From NCBI GenBank assembly GCA_963828255.1, contig CAWHDZ010000021.1, positions 1-64,000 on the forward strand: a DNA stretch of 64,000 nucleotides, read 5' to 3'. A program made the position numbers and the translations under genes. Each line of letters opens with the position of its first letter. The stretch's first letter is position 1. This stretch comes from an uncultured delta proteobacterium. GTDB taxonomy: Bacteria > Myxococcota > Myxococcia > Myxococcales > Anaeromyxobacteraceae. Shown here piece by piece: positions 9,631 to 20,488 of this stretch. Below the pieces are notes generated by a model, which did no database searches, had not been told where the DNA came from, and saw nothing but the letters and a program-made list of their open reading frames with translations.

Positions 9631-10490
9631 TTCTGCCTCCCGAAGAGCCCGGCGGGACGGACCAGCAGGACCAGCGCCATGATGATGAAGACCACCGTGG
9701 AGGCCGCCGGCGGGTAGAGGTACTTGGTGAGCCCCTCCACCAGCCCCAGCCCGAGCCCGGTGACGATGGAGCCGAAGATCGAGCCCATCCCTCCGATCAC
9801 CACCACCGCGAAGACCACGATGATGAGGCTCGACCCCATTCCCGGGCTCACCTGGTAGATGGGGGCGGCCATGACCCCTGCGAACCCGGCCAGCGCCACC
9901 CCGAAGCCGTAGGTGAGCGTGAGCATCACCGGGACGTTGACGCCGAAGGCCTGCAGCAGCCGGGGGTTCTCGGTCCCGGCCCGGAGGTAGGCGCCCAGCC
10001 GGGTGCGCTCGATGACGAACCAGCTGGCCAGGCAGACCGTCACCGAGACCACCACCACCCAGGCCCGGTAGCGGGGAAGGAACATGAAGCCGAGGTCGGA
10101 CCCGCCCTGGAGCAGCTCGGGAACCGGGTAGCTGTTGCCGGAGTTCCCGAACTGATGGTGGAAGAGCCCCTCGATGATCAACGTGAGGCCGAAGGTGAGG
10201 AGAAGGCCGTAGAGGTGGTCGAGCTGGTAGAGGCGCCGGAGCATGGTCCGCTCGATCAACACACCCAGGAGCCCCACCGCGAGCGGCGAGAGGAGGAGGG
10301 CGCCCCAGTACGGGACGCCCAGGTAGTGCATGCCCATCCAGGCTGCGAAGGCGCCCGTCATGTAGAGCGCCCCGTGGCTGAAGTTCACCACGTTGAGCAG
10401 GCCGAAGATGATGGCCAGCCCGAGCGACAGCAGCGCGTAGAACGAGCCGTTGATGAGCCCGACCAGCAGCTGTCCGAACAAGGCCCGCAT
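9627..10490 (-). CDS. livH: Liv-type ABC transporter permease, LivH-like
   Basis: 'GLAIIFGLLNVVNFSHG', 'FAVVVIGGMGSIFG'. Confidence 0.9.
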   Translation of the reverse strand: MRALFGQLLVGLINGSFYALLSLGLAIIFGLLNVVNFSHGALYMTGAFAAWMGMHYLGVPYWGALLLSPLAVGLLGVLIERTMLRRLYQLDHLYGLLLTFGLTLIIEGLFHHQFGNSGNSYPVPELLQGGSDLGFMFLPRYRAWVVVVSVTVCLASWFVIERTRLGAYLRAGTENPRLLQAFGVNVPVMLTLTYGFGVALAGFAGVMAAPIYQVSPGMGSSLIIVVFAVVVIGGMGSIFGSIVTGLGLGLVEGLTKYLYPPAASTVVFIIMALVLLVRPAGLFGRQK

Positions 10491-10519
10491 CCGCTTCCCT
10501 TCCCCTCCCCGCCCTCAGC

Positions 10520-11746
10520 TCACTTCTTCACGACGAGCGGGCACTTCTGGGCCTCCACCGAGGGGAAGGCCTCGGCGGCGGGGATCTTCTTCACGACCTT
10601 GTAGTAGTCCCAGGGGTACTTCGACTCGCCGGGGGTCTTCACCTGGACCAGGAACATGTCGTGCCGGTGCAGGCCGTCCGGGCCGATGACGCCGCCGCGG
10701 GCGAAGAAGTCGTTCACCGGGGTGGCCCTCATCTTGGCGATGACCGGGTCGGCCGCGTCGGTGCCCACGGCCTTCACCGCATTCAGGTAGTGGGTGACCG
10801 CCGAGTAGAGGCCGGCCTGGACCATGGTGGGCATGGCCTTCTTCTTGTTGTCGGGGTGGTTCTGGAAGCGCTTCGACCAGGCGCGGGTCTGCTCGTCGAG
10901 GTCCCAGTAGAAGGCGGTGGTGAGGTACATGCCCTTGGCGATGTCGAGCCCCAGGCTGTTGACGTCGGAGATGAAGACCAGCAGGCCGGCCAGCGTCTGC
11001 TTCGGCGTGACGCCGAATTCCTTGGCCTGCTTGATGGTGTTGATGGTGTCGGCGCCGGCGTTGGCCATGCCGATCACCCTGGCGCCGGAGGCCTGGGCCT
11101 GGAGCAGGTAGCTGGAGAAGTCGGAGCTGCTCTGGGGGTGGCGGACCGCGCCCATCACCTTGCCGCCCGACGCCTTGACCACCGCCGCGGTGTCCTCCTC
11201 CAGCGACTTCCCGAAGACGTAGTCGGCGGTGATGAAGAACCAGCTGTCCCCGCCGGCCTTCACGACCTCGCGCCCGGTGCCGTTGGCCAGCGCCCAGTTG
11301 TTGTAGGTGTAGTGGACGTTGTAGGGGGTGCACTTCTCGCCGGTGATGGCGGTGGTGGCCGGCCCGGAGAGGAGCGTGATGCGCTTCTTCTCCGCCGCCA
11401 CGGGCATGACCGCCATGGCGGTCCCGCTGTTCACCATGTCCACCGCGATGTCCACCTGGTTCTCGTCGAACCACTTGCGGGCGGTGTTGGAGGCGATGTC
11501 GGCCTTGTTCTGGTGGTCGGCGGAGACCACCTCGATGGGTTTGCCGGCCACCTTGCCCCCGAAGTCGTCGACCGCCATCTTCACCGCCAGCACCGAGCCG
11601 GCGCCGGAGAGGTCGGAGTAGAAGCCGGTCATGTCGGTGAGGACGCCGATCTTCACCACGTTGTCGGAGACGGCGTCGGCGGCGCGGGTCGGCGAGGCGG
11701 CCAGCGCCAGCAGCGCCACCACGGAGATTCGGAGGATGCGGTTCAT
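10520..11746 (-). CDS. Liv-type ABC transporter periplasmic substrate-binding protein
   Basis: Signal peptide; 'VKIGVLTDMTG', 'ADHQNKADIA', 'FFITADYVFG', 'DFSSYLLQAQAS'. Confidence 0.9.
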   Translation of the reverse strand: MNRILRISVVALLALAASPTRAADAVSDNVVKIGVLTDMTGFYSDLSGAGSVLAVKMAVDDFGGKVAGKPIEVVSADHQNKADIASNTARKWFDENQVDIAVDMVNSGTAMAVMPVAAEKKRITLLSGPATTAITGEKCTPYNVHYTYNNWALANGTGREVVKAGGDSWFFITADYVFGKSLEEDTAAVVKASGGKVMGAVRHPQSSSDFSSYLLQAQASGARVIGMANAGADTINTIKQAKEFGVTPKQTLAGLLVFISDVNSLGLDIAKGMYLTTAFYWDLDEQTRAWSKRFQNHPDNKKKAMPTMVQAGLYSAVTHYLNAVKAVGTDAADPVIAKMRATPVNDFFARGGVIGPDGLHRHDMFLVQVKTPGESKYPWDYYKVVKKIPAAEAFPSVEAQKCPLVVKK

Positions 11747-11778
11747 TTTGCTTCCTTTCCTGTGCTGTGAGCCCCCGG

Positions 11779-12495
11779 CTAGACGCCGAGGAACCTGTGC
11801 AACTGCTCGGTGCGGGACGAGAGCGCGTCCCGCGGGATCATGTCCACGATGCGTCCGTGCTCGACGAGGAAGTGCCGGTCGGCGAGCGGCGCGGCGAAGC
11901 GGAAGTTCTGCTCCACGAGGACGATGGTGTAGCCCCGCTCCCGGAGCTGCAGGACCACCCTCCCCAGGGCCTGGACGATGACCGGCGCGAGCCCCTCGGT
12001 GATCTCGTCGAGCAGGAGCAGCCTGGCGCCGGCGCGGAGGATGCGGGCCATGGCGAGCATCTGCTGCTCCCCCCCCGACAGCCGCGTGCCCGGGCTGCGG
12101 CGCCGCTCCTCGAGGTTGGGGAACATGGCGTAGATCTCCCGGACCGACATCCCGGCGTCGCCCACCTTGGGAAGCAGGAGGAGGTTCTCCTCGGCGGTCA
12201 GGCTGGCGAAGATGCCACGCTCCTCCGGGCAGTAGCCGACCCCGAGACGGGCGATGCGGTGGGGCGCCATGCCCACCGTCTCCCGCCCCCGGATCTCGAT
12301 GGAGCCGGTGCGCCGCCCCACGAGGCCGAGGATCGAGCGGAGCGTGGAGGTGCGCCCCGAGCCGTTCCGCCCCAGCAGCGTGACCACCTCGCCCTCGGCC
12401 ACCTCGAGGTCCACGCCGTGAAGCACGTGTGACTCGCCGTAGAAGGCGTTCAGGTCCCGGATGCGCAGCACCGGTGCGGAAGCAGCCAGGCTCAC
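11779..12495 (-). CDS. livF: Liv-type ABC ATP-binding protein, LivF-like
   Basis: 'GRNGSGRTS', 'YCPEERGIF', 'LSGGEQQMLA', 'LLLDEITEGLAP'; GTG start overlaps the livG stop. Confidence 0.88.
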   Translation of the reverse strand: MSLAASAPVLRIRDLNAFYGESHVLHGVDLEVAEGEVVTLLGRNGSGRTSTLRSILGLVGRRTGSIEIRGRETVGMAPHRIARLGVGYCPEERGIFASLTAEENLLLLPKVGDAGMSVREIYAMFPNLEERRRSPGTRLSGGEQQMLAMARILRAGARLLLLDEITEGLAPVIVQALGRVVLQLRERGYTIVLVEQNFRFAAPLADRHFLVEHGRIVDMIPRDALSSRTEQLHRFLGV

Positions 12496-13244
12496 GCGGC
12501 GCTCCCCATGTAGGCCTCGCGGACCGCCGGGTCGGCCGAGACCGTCGCGTAGGTCCCCTCGGCCAGCACGCTCCCGCGGGCCAGCACCGTGATGGTGTCG
12601 CAGAGGTCGGCCACCACGGAGAGGTTGTGCTCCACCATGAGGACGGTGCGCCCCCGGGCCACCCGCCGGATGAGCTCGGCGACCCGCCCGACGTCCTCGT
12701 GCCCCATGCCCGCGGTGGGCTCGTCGAGGAGCAGGACCTCCGGCTCGAGCGCCAGCGTGGTGGCGAGCTCCAGCGCGCGCTTGCGCCCGTAGGGGAGCTC
12801 GCCGGCCGGCACGTCGGCCAGGTCCTGGAGGTCCACGTCGGCGAGGAGGGCGCGGGCCCGGTCGTCGAGCACCGAGAGGCTGCTGGCCGGCGACCAGAAG
12901 CGGAACGAGGTCCCCAGCGGGCGCTGCAGCGCGATGCGCACGTTCTCGAGGGCGGTGAGGCTGGGGAAGACGGCCGAGATCTGGAAGGAGCGCACCACCC
13001 CGCGCCGGGCCACCTGGGCTGGACGCAGCCGGGTGACGTCCTCGCCCCGGTGGAGGATGGTCCCCCGGGTGACGGGCAGGAACCTCGTCAGCAGGTTGAA
13101 CATGGTGGTCTTGCCCGCGCCGTTCGGCCCGATGAGGCCGTGGATCGACCCGCGCCTCACCTTGAGTGACACCCCGGCGACGGCGACGAACCCCAGGAAC
13201 TCCTTGGCGACGTCGCGGGTCTCGAGGATGAGGTCGTCTGGCAT
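12492..13244 (-). CDS. livG: Liv-type ABC ATP-binding protein, LivG-like
   Basis: 'GPNGAGKTT', 'RSFQI', 'LPYGRKRALE', 'LLLDEPTAG', 'VEHN'. Confidence 0.9.
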   Translation of the reverse strand: MPDDLILETRDVAKEFLGFVAVAGVSLKVRRGSIHGLIGPNGAGKTTMFNLLTRFLPVTRGTILHRGEDVTRLRPAQVARRGVVRSFQISAVFPSLTALENVRIALQRPLGTSFRFWSPASSLSVLDDRARALLADVDLQDLADVPAGELPYGRKRALELATTLALEPEVLLLDEPTAGMGHEDVGRVAELIRRVARGRTVLMVEHNLSVVADLCDTITVLARGSVLAEGTYATVSADPAVREAYMGSAA

Positions 13245-13427
13245 GTCGGTGGGCGGGATGCGCAGCGGAATCTTTAGTGACACCCCGGCTGGTTGTCGAG
13301 CCCTCGTCGGGCCTTGACGCATCGCGCCAGCGCGACGGCGTCGGGAAATCCTTCCCTGGCCTTTGCGAAGCCCGCGTGCGGTGCAGTACCGTTCCCGGCA
13401 CTTCACCTCGTCCTCCGGAGGTCGTCG

Positions 13428-16400
13428 ATGCAGGTCTCCCGCAGAGGGTTCCTCAAGATCACCGCGTCCGGCATCGGCGCCACCACCGTCGGCGCCCTGG
13501 GCTTCTCGGCCGAGCGCGCGGTGGCCGACGTCCGGCTCTTCAAGCTGGCCCACGCCAGCGAGACCCGCAACACCTGCCCGTACTGCTCGGTGGGGTGCGG
13601 GGTGATCATCTACGGTCTCGGCGACCGGTCGAAGAACGCCCGCACCGAGATCATGCACGTCGAGGGCGACCCCGACCACCCGGTGAACCGCGGCACGCTC
13701 TGCCCGAAGGGGGCGAGCCTCCTCGACTTCATCCACAGCCCCACCCGGCTGAAGTTCCCCGAGTACCGCGCCCCCGGGTCGGCGGAGTGGAAGCGGGTCT
13801 CCTGGGAGTGGGCCATCGACCGGGTGGCCCGCCTGATGAAGGAGGACCGCGACAAGAACTTCGTCGCGCAGAACGCCAAGGGGCAGACGGTGAACCGGTG
13901 GAACACCACCGCGTTCCTGGCCGCCTCGGCCTCCTCCAACGAGACCGGCTACGTCTTCCACAAGGTGATCCGGGCGCTCGGGGGGGTCGCGGTCGACAAC
14001 CAGGCCCGTGTTTGACACGGTCCCACGGTGGCCGGTCTGGCCCCGACGTTCGGCCGTGGTGCGATGACCAACAGCTGGGTCGACATCAAGAACGCCGACC
14101 TGATCCTGGTGATGGGAGGCAACCCCGCCGAGGCCCACCCCTGCGGCTTCAAGTGGGTGCTGGAGGCCAAGGCCAAGAAGAAGGCCCGGCTCATCGTGGT
14201 GGACCCGCGCTTCACGCGGACCGCGGCGGTGGCCGACCTCTACGCCCCCATCCGTCCGGGGACCGACATCGCCTTCCTGGGCGGCGTCATCAACTTCCTG
14301 CTCACGAACGACAAGATCCAGCACGACTACGTGAAGAACTACACGAGCGCGGCGCTGCTCGTGCGCGAGGACACCGGCTTCGAGGACGGCCTCTTCACCG
14401 GCTACGACGAGGCCAAGCGGAGCTACGACAAGTCCACCTGGACCTACCAGCTCGACAAGGACGGAATCGCCAAGGTCGATCCGACGCTGCAGGATCCGAA
14501 CTGCGTCTTCCAGCGGATGAAGAAACACTACTCCCGCTACACGCCGGAGATGGTGGAGCGCACCACCGGGACCCCGAAGGCCAGCTTCCTCAAGGTGTGC
14601 GAGGCCATCGCCACCACGGCGGTGCCCGAGCGGACCATGACGAGCCTCTACGCGCTCGGCTGGACCCAGCACAGCGTGGGCTCGCAGAACATCCGGTCCA
14701 TCGCCATCCTCCAGCTCCTCCTCGGGAACATTGGGATGGCCGGCGGCGGCGTGAACGCGCTCCGCGGACACTCCAACATCCAGGGGCTCACCGACCTGGG
14801 GCTGCTCTCCCACGCGCTGCCGGGCTACCTGACGCTGCCCACCGACGGCGATCCCGACCTCAAGACCTACCTCGAGAAGCGCACGCCGAAGATGACGCGT
14901 CCGGGGCAGTTCAACTACTGGGGGAACTACCCCAAGTTCTTCGTCTCGCTCATGAAGGCCTGGTACGGGGCCGCGGCGACCCAGTCGAACGACTGGGCCT
15001 ACGAGTGGCTCCCCAAGATCGACGGCGCCTACGACGTGCTGCGCGTCATGGAGCTCATGTCGCAGGGCAAGGTGAACGGCTACGTCTGCCAGGGGTTCAA
15101 CCCGCTCTCGTCCTTCCCGGACAAGGCCAAGGTCCTGGGTGGGCTCCGCAAGCTCAAGTTCCTCGTCACCATCGACCCGCTGGTGACCGAGACCTCGGAG
15201 TTCTGGCAGAATCACGGCGAGTTCAACGACGTCGATCCCGCGCAGATCCAGACCGAGGTGTTCCGCTTCCCCTCCTCGCTCTTCGCCGAGGAGAACGGCT
15301 CGCTGGTGTCGAGCGCCCGATGGCTGCAGTGGCACTGGAAGGCGGCCGAGCCGCCCGCCGAGGCCAGGGGCGATCTCGAGATCGTCGCCGACCTCTACCT
15401 GGCCCTGAAGAAGCTCTACGCCAAGGAGGGCGGCGCCCACCCCGAGCCGGTCCTCAAGCTGGCCTGGCCGTACCGCATCGCCGCGGCCCCGGCCCCGGAG
15501 GAGGTCGCCCGGGAGTTCAACGGGTCGGCGCTGGCCGACGTGCCCGACCCCAAGACCCCCGGCGCGTTCCTGGTGAAGCAGGGCGAGCAGGTCCCCGGCT
15601 TCGGCGTGCTCCAGGCCGACGGCTCGACCGCCTGCGGCTGCTGGATCTTCGCCGGCAGCTGGACGCAGGCCGGCAACCAGATGGCCCGGCGCGATCCCGC
15701 CGATCCCAGCGGCCTCGGCATCACGCCGGGCTGGGCCTGGTCCTGGCCGGCCAACCGGCGGGTCCTCTACAACCGGGCCTCATGCAACGCCGACGGCGTG
15801 CCCTACATCCCCGCCCGCAAGCTCGTCTGGTGGGGCGGCACGAAGTGGCTGGGCAACGACGTCCCCGACTTCAAGGCCGACTCGGCCCCCGCCGAGGGCA
15901 TGAATCCGTTCATCATGAACGGCGAGGGGGTGGCCCGCCTCTGGGCGCCCGCCATGGCCGACGGGCCGTTCCCGGAACACTACGAGCCCTTCGACACGCC
16001 GCTCGCCAGGAACCCCTTCGGAAAGGTGCTGAACTCCCCGGCCGCGCGGGTCTTCAAGGACGACTGGAAGGCCTTCGGGAAGCCCGACGAGTTCCCGTTC
16101 GTCGCCACCACCTATCGGCTCACCGAGCACTTCCACTTCTGGACCAAGCACGCCCGGATCCCCGCCGTCCTCCAGCCCGAGGCCTTCGTGGAGCTCCCGG
16201 AGGGGCTGGCGAAGAAGAAGAACATCCGCAACGGCGAGATGGTGGTGGTGAAATCGAAGCGCGGGCAGATCAAGCTGAAGGCGCTGGTGACGAAGCGCCT
16301 GCCCACGCTCACCGTGGAGGGCAAGGAGATCGAGGTGGTGGGGCTCCCCATTCACTGGGGGTTCGTGGGGCAGACGCGCAAGGGGTTCATCACCAACACG

Positions 16401-16478
16401 CTCACCCCTCCCGTCGGGGACGCCAACATCCAGACGCCCGAGTACAAGGCGTTCCTGGTCAACGTCGAGAAGGCCTAG
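13428..16478 (+). CDS. fdnG: Formate dehydrogenase-N alpha subunit, selenocysteine at codon 196 (TGA 14013-14015)
   Basis: Tat signal SRRGFLK; 4Fe-4S motif 'CPYCSVGC...LCPKG'; 'DNQARV-TGA-HGPTVAGLAPTFGRGAMTN' joins two ORFs in frame (1016 aa); 'LRGHSNIQG'. Confidence 0.95.
14016..14058 (+). promoter_or_regulatory. Bacterial SECIS element of fdnG
   Basis: Lower stem CACGGTC (14016-22)/GGCCGTG (14052-58) and apical GGCC-GGTCT-GGCC hairpin (14030-42) immediately 3' of the TGA. Confidence 0.85.
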
Positions 16479-16487
16479 GAGACCGCC

Positions 16488-17381
16488 ATGGCGCTCGATT
16501 CCCAGGACATCCGGCTGCGCTCCGCCACCACCGTCGAGTCTCCGCCGTCGGCCCGGTCCTTCCGCCCCGAGGTGGCGAAGCTCATCGACATCTCCCGCTG
16601 CATCGGCTGCAAGGCCTGCCAGGCCGCCTGCATGGAGTGGAACGACCTGCGCGAGGAGGTTGGCACCTTCCAGGGCACCTACCAGAACCCGCTCGACCTC
16701 TCCGACCAGTCCTGGACGGTGATGAAGTTCGACGAGACCATCATCGACGGGTCCCTGGCCTGGCTCATCTTCAAGGACGGCTGCATGCACTGCGCCGATC
16801 CTGGCTGCCTCAAGGCCTGCCCGGCCCCGGGGGCGGTCGTGCAGTACGCCAACGGCATCGTCGACTTCCAGCAGGACAGCTGCATCGGCTGCGGCTACTG
16901 CATCACCGGCTGTCCCTTCGACATCCCGCGGCTCCGCAAGCAGGACGGGCGCGTCTACAAGTGCACGCTCTGCTCCGACCGGGTCTCGGTGGGGCTCGAG
17001 CCGGCCTGCATCAAGTCCTGCCCCACCCAGGCCCTCACCTTCGGCAGCAAGGCGGAGATGAAGGAGCTGGCCAACCACCGGCTGGTGGACCTGCACGAGC
17101 GCGGGCTCGGAAAGGCGGCCGTCTACGACCCGCCGGGCGTGGGCGGCACCCACGTGTTCTACGTGCTGCCCCACGGCGACCGGCCGGAGATCTACGGCCT
17201 CCCGCGAGATCCCAGCATCGGGCCGGTGGTCACCTTCTGGCGCTCGGGCGTGGCCCGCGCGCTGGGGGTCGCCACCATGTTCGGGGTGCTGGTGGCGGGG
17301 ATCCTCCACTACATGCGGTACGGCCCCCTCGAGGTGCCCGACGAGCCAGAGGGAAAGACCGGGGAGGAGGCACAGCCATGA
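16488..17381 (+). CDS. fdnH: Formate dehydrogenase beta (Fe-S) subunit
   Basis: [44 protein letters not shown]...CIKSCP; C-terminal TM helix. Confidence 0.95.
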   Translation: MALDSQDIRLRSATTVESPPSARSFRPEVAKLIDISRCIGCKACQAACMEWNDLREEVGTFQGTYQNPLDLSDQSWTVMKFDETIIDGSLAWLIFKDGCMHCADPGCLKACPAPGAVVQYANGIVDFQQDSCIGCGYCITGCPFDIPRLRKQDGRVYKCTLCSDRVSVGLEPACIKSCPTQALTFGSKAEMKELANHRLVDLHERGLGKAAVYDPPGVGGTHVFYVLPHGDRPEIYGLPRDPSIGPVVTFWRSGVARALGVATMFGVLVAGILHYMRYGPLEVPDEPEGKTGEEAQP

Positions 17382-18028
17382 AGCGCGACGAGGACTTCAT
17401 CCTCGCGGACGGGAAGATCGTCCGCCACGGCAATTCCGAGCGCATCGTCCACTGGATGGTGGCCATCGCCTTCCTCTTCCTCTTCTTCTCCGGCCTGGCG
17501 CTCTTCTCCCCGTTCTTCTTCTGGCTCTCGGCGCTCTTCGGAGGCGGGCAGTTCATGCGCCTGCTCCACCCGATCGCCGGTGTGCTGCTGGTCCTGCTCT
17601 TCTACCCGTACGCCTGGAAGATCCGGAAGGACAACGCCTGGACCGCGGTGGACGCGAAGTGGGTGGAGCACTCGGTCGCCTACATGGAGAAGCGGGTCGA
17701 GTTCCATGACACCGGCAAGTACAACGCCGGCCAGAAGATGATGTACTGGTCGATGGTACCCATCATCGCGGTGCTCTTCCTCACCGGGATCACCATGTGG
17801 CAGCCCTGGTTCGCCAACTCCTTCCCGGCGTCGCTCCGCCGGGTGACGAGCCTGCTGCACGCCGTGGCCGCCTTCGTGATGTTCATCGGCATCGGGATCC
17901 ACTGGTACGCGGCCTACTGGACCCGGGGCTCCATCCGCGCCATGGTGCGGGGAACGGTGACGAAGACCTGGGCCCGCTACCACCACCCTGCCTGGTTCCG
18001 CCAGATCACCGGGGGCAAGGATCGATGA
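17378..18028 (+). CDS. fdnI: Formate dehydrogenase gamma (cytochrome b556) subunit
   Basis: 'ERIVHW', 'RLLHP', 'GKYNAGQK', 'IHWY...GSIRAMVRG...WARYHHP'; ATGA overlap with fdnH. Confidence 0.93.
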   Translation: MKRDEDFILADGKIVRHGNSERIVHWMVAIAFLFLFFSGLALFSPFFFWLSALFGGGQFMRLLHPIAGVLLVLLFYPYAWKIRKDNAWTAVDAKWVEHSVAYMEKRVEFHDTGKYNAGQKMMYWSMVPIIAVLFLTGITMWQPWFANSFPASLRRVTSLLHAVAAFVMFIGIGIHWYAAYWTRGSIRAMVRGTVTKTWARYHHPAWFRQITGGKDR

Positions 18029-18897
18029 GTTTCGAGCCGCCCGGCGTCCCGGGCGAGGTCGTGTATCTCAGGCTTCCGCGCCCGGCCGAGCTCTTCGCCC
18101 GCCGGGCGCGGCGCTTCCGGGAGCTGTCGCCGGGGAACCCCATGGGCGAGTTCCTCGAGGCCCTCGCCGACGTGGCCGACGCCCAGGCGGCCGCGATGGC
18201 CCGGCTTCCGGCGGGGGGCGAGGATGCGCCATCCGGAACCGCCGTCGCCCCCCTGTGCGCCACCTCCCACGCCCGGTCTCCAGCCTGGCGCGACGCGCTC
18301 GCCGCCATCGTCGAGGCGCTGAAGCGGCGTCCCTGGCCTGCGCCCGCGGTCCAGGCGCTGCGCCGGCTCGCCGGTGCGTGGCCGGAGGAGCTCGAGGCCA
18401 TGGCGGACGGCGTGCTGGCCGGGATGCCGGCCGCCACCGACCTCGCCGCCGCGCCCTTCGTCGGGGCCGCCCTGCAGGTCTACTTCACGACGCTCGCCTC
18501 CCGCCTCTCCCCCGACCGTGTGGAGCGGAGCGAGGGTGGCTGCCCGGTCTGCGACTCCGCCCCGGTGGCCGGGGTGGTCCTCGGCGACGACAAGCTCCGC
18601 TACCTGTCCTGCTCCCTGTGCGGCTCGGAGTGGAACCTGGTCCGCATCCAGTGCTGGAACTGCCGCAACACCGGCGGGATCCGCTACCTCGGCGTGGCCG
18701 GCGACGACGGCGCCGTCAAGGCCGAGGCCTGCTCGACGTGCGGCGCGTATCTGAAGATCTTCTACAGGGAGAAGCTCCCGCTGGCGGAGCCCATGGCCGA
18801 CGACGTGGCCTCCCTGACGCTCGACCTGCTGGCCGCCCAGGAGGGGCTGGGGCGCAGCGGCGTCAACCTCTTCCTCCTCGGCGGCGCCGAGGCGTGA
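18025..18897 (+). CDS. fdhE: Formate dehydrogenase accessory protein FdhE
   Basis: CPVC, 'RYLSCSLCGSEW', CWNC, 'AEACSTCGAYLK', 'ADDVASLTLD'. Confidence 0.92.
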   Translation: MSFEPPGVPGEVVYLRLPRPAELFARRARRFRELSPGNPMGEFLEALADVADAQAAAMARLPAGGEDAPSGTAVAPLCATSHARSPAWRDALAAIVEALKRRPWPAPAVQALRRLAGAWPEELEAMADGVLAGMPAATDLAAAPFVGAALQVYFTTLASRLSPDRVERSEGGCPVCDSAPVAGVVLGDDKLRYLSCSLCGSEWNLVRIQCWNCRNTGGIRYLGVAGDDGAVKAEACSTCGAYLKIFYREKLPLAEPMADDVASLTLDLLAAQEGLGRSGVNLFLLGGAEA

Positions 18898-19505
18898 AGT
18901 CCCGGCGCCGCGTGCCGGATCTTTCCCGGCGCTGCCCGGGGTGCTACTTCCCGCCCGACCGGTGCCTGTGCCAGGAGGCGCCGAGGGCCGAGAACCGGAC
19001 CCGCGTCTTCATCCTGCGCCACTGGAACGAGCGGGTGCGCACCACCAACTCCGGCCGCTGGGCCGCGCTCTCCCTCTCGCGCTGCGAGATCGTCGAGCAC
19101 GCCACCCCGGGCGCGCCGCTCGACTTCGGCCGCATCCCGGTGGAGCGGGCCGCCGTCCTCTTCCCCTCCCCGGGCGGCGGGGTCCCCTCCCCGCCCCCGG
19201 AGACGCTGGTGGTCCTCGACGCCTCCTGGTCGCAGGCCCGGCGCATGCTCCAGCGCATCCCGGTCCTCCAGACCTTGCCCCGGCTGTCCCTGCCCGGGTT
19301 CGCCGCCGAGCGGCTCCGTGAACCCACGGTGAAGGAGGGCATGTCCACCATCGAGGCGCTGTCCCAGGCCCTCGACCTCCTCGGCGACGCGGACGCGGCC
19401 CGCGCCCTTTCCCGGACATGGGAGCTTGCCGTGGAGCGCGGCCTCTCCCTGCGCTGGTCCGGGAGGACCCGGAGCGAGAGGGACGCGGCCCGGGTGGCCC
19501 GTTGA
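18894..19505 (+). CDS. DTW-domain protein (tRNA-uridine aminocarboxypropyltransferase-like)
   Basis: N-terminal CxxC...CxC, 'TTNSGR', 'LFP', 'LVVLDASWSQARRM', 'MSTIEA'. Confidence 0.85.
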   Translation: MKSRRRVPDLSRRCPGCYFPPDRCLCQEAPRAENRTRVFILRHWNERVRTTNSGRWAALSLSRCEIVEHATPGAPLDFGRIPVERAAVLFPSPGGGVPSPPPETLVVLDASWSQARRMLQRIPVLQTLPRLSLPGFAAERLREPTVKEGMSTIEALSQALDLLGDADAARALSRTWELAVERGLSLRWSGRTRSERDAARVAR

Positions 19506-20488
19506 GCGGGTCCGGCTACCGGCGCGCCGCCTGGCTCCCCGGCCCCCACCTGGGGACGGTCTACGCGAGCGTGGCGCGCCCATTCCCCCGCCCGCCCTTC
19601 AGGCGCGAGCGCTGGGATCTCGAGGACGGCGACTTCCTCGACGTGGACCGGCTCGACGCGCCCCGGGGCGCGCCCCTCCTCGTCGTCTCCCACGGGCTCG
19701 AGGGGAACTCCAGGGCCTCCTACGTCCGCGGCCTGGCCGCAGCGGCCGCCCGCAGGGGATTCGCGGTGGCGGCCTGGAACTTCCGGGGGTGCTCCGGCGA
19801 GCCGAACCGGCTGCTGCGGCAGTATCACTCCGGGGAAACCGGGGATCTCGCGGCCGTGGTGGGGCGGCTCGTGGCCGAGGACCTGGCCCGGCCCATCCTG
19901 CTGGCCGGGTTCTCGCTGGGCGGCAACCAGCTCGTGAAGTGGCTGGGGGAGCAAGGCGACGACCTGCCCGCCCCGGTGCGCGCGGCCGTCGCCATCTCCG
20001 TGCCCTTCGACCTGGAGGCCTGCGCCGAGGCCCTCGACGGCCCGGGATTCTGGCCCTTCGTCTACCGGGAGCGGTTCCTCCGACGGCTGCGGCGCAAGGC
20101 GCTCACGAAGGCAGCCGAGCACCCGGGGCGGATCGACGCGGCCGCGGTGCGCCGCTCCCGCACCTTCGCCGCGTACGACGGGCTCGTCACCGCGCGGCTG
20201 CACGGTTTCGAGAGCGCGCAGGACTACTGGCGCCGCTGCAGCGCCGCGCGCTTCGTGGCCGGGGTCCGCCGCGACCTCCTGCTCCTCTCCGCCGACGACG
20301 ACCCGCTCGTCCCGGCCCGTTCGATCCCGGTGGCCGCGGCGCGCGACAACCCGAACGTCTCGCTGGAGGTGACCCCCGGCGGGGGGCACGTCGCCTTCGT
20401 GGCCGGGACGCCGCTCGCCCCGTCCTTCTGGGCCGAGGAGCGGGCGGTGGACTTCCTGCAGGAGCGGCTGGCGCGTCCATGGCGCTGA
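19502..20488 (+). CDS. YheT-like alpha/beta hydrolase
   Basis: 'HGLEGNS', 'NFRGCSGEPN', 'YHSGET', GFSLGG, 'DDP', 'GGHVAF'. Confidence 0.88.
   Translation: MSGSGYRRAAWLPGPHLGTVYASVARPFPRPPFRRERWDLEDGDFLDVDRLDAPRGAPLLVVSHGLEGNSRASYVRGLAAAAARRGFAVAAWNFRGCSGEPNRLLRQYHSGETGDLAAVVGRLVAEDLARPILLAGFSLGGNQLVKWLGEQGDDLPAPVRAAVAISVPFDLEACAEALDGPGFWPFVYRERFLRRLRRKALTKAAEHPGRIDAAAVRRSRTFAAYDGLVTARLHGFESAQDYWRRCSAARFVAGVRRDLLLLSADDDPLVPARSIPVAAARDNPNVSLEVTPGGGHVAFVAGTPLAPSFWAEERAVDFLQERLARPWR

Noticed and set aside
13277..18028. 1583-aa ORF and other very long alternate-frame ORFs (e.g. 34469-37471, 23475-26615, 54238-57954)
   Set aside because: Arg/Pro/Gly-rich shadow frames caused by high GC; only their terminal parts are real genes where noted (fdnI, holB).
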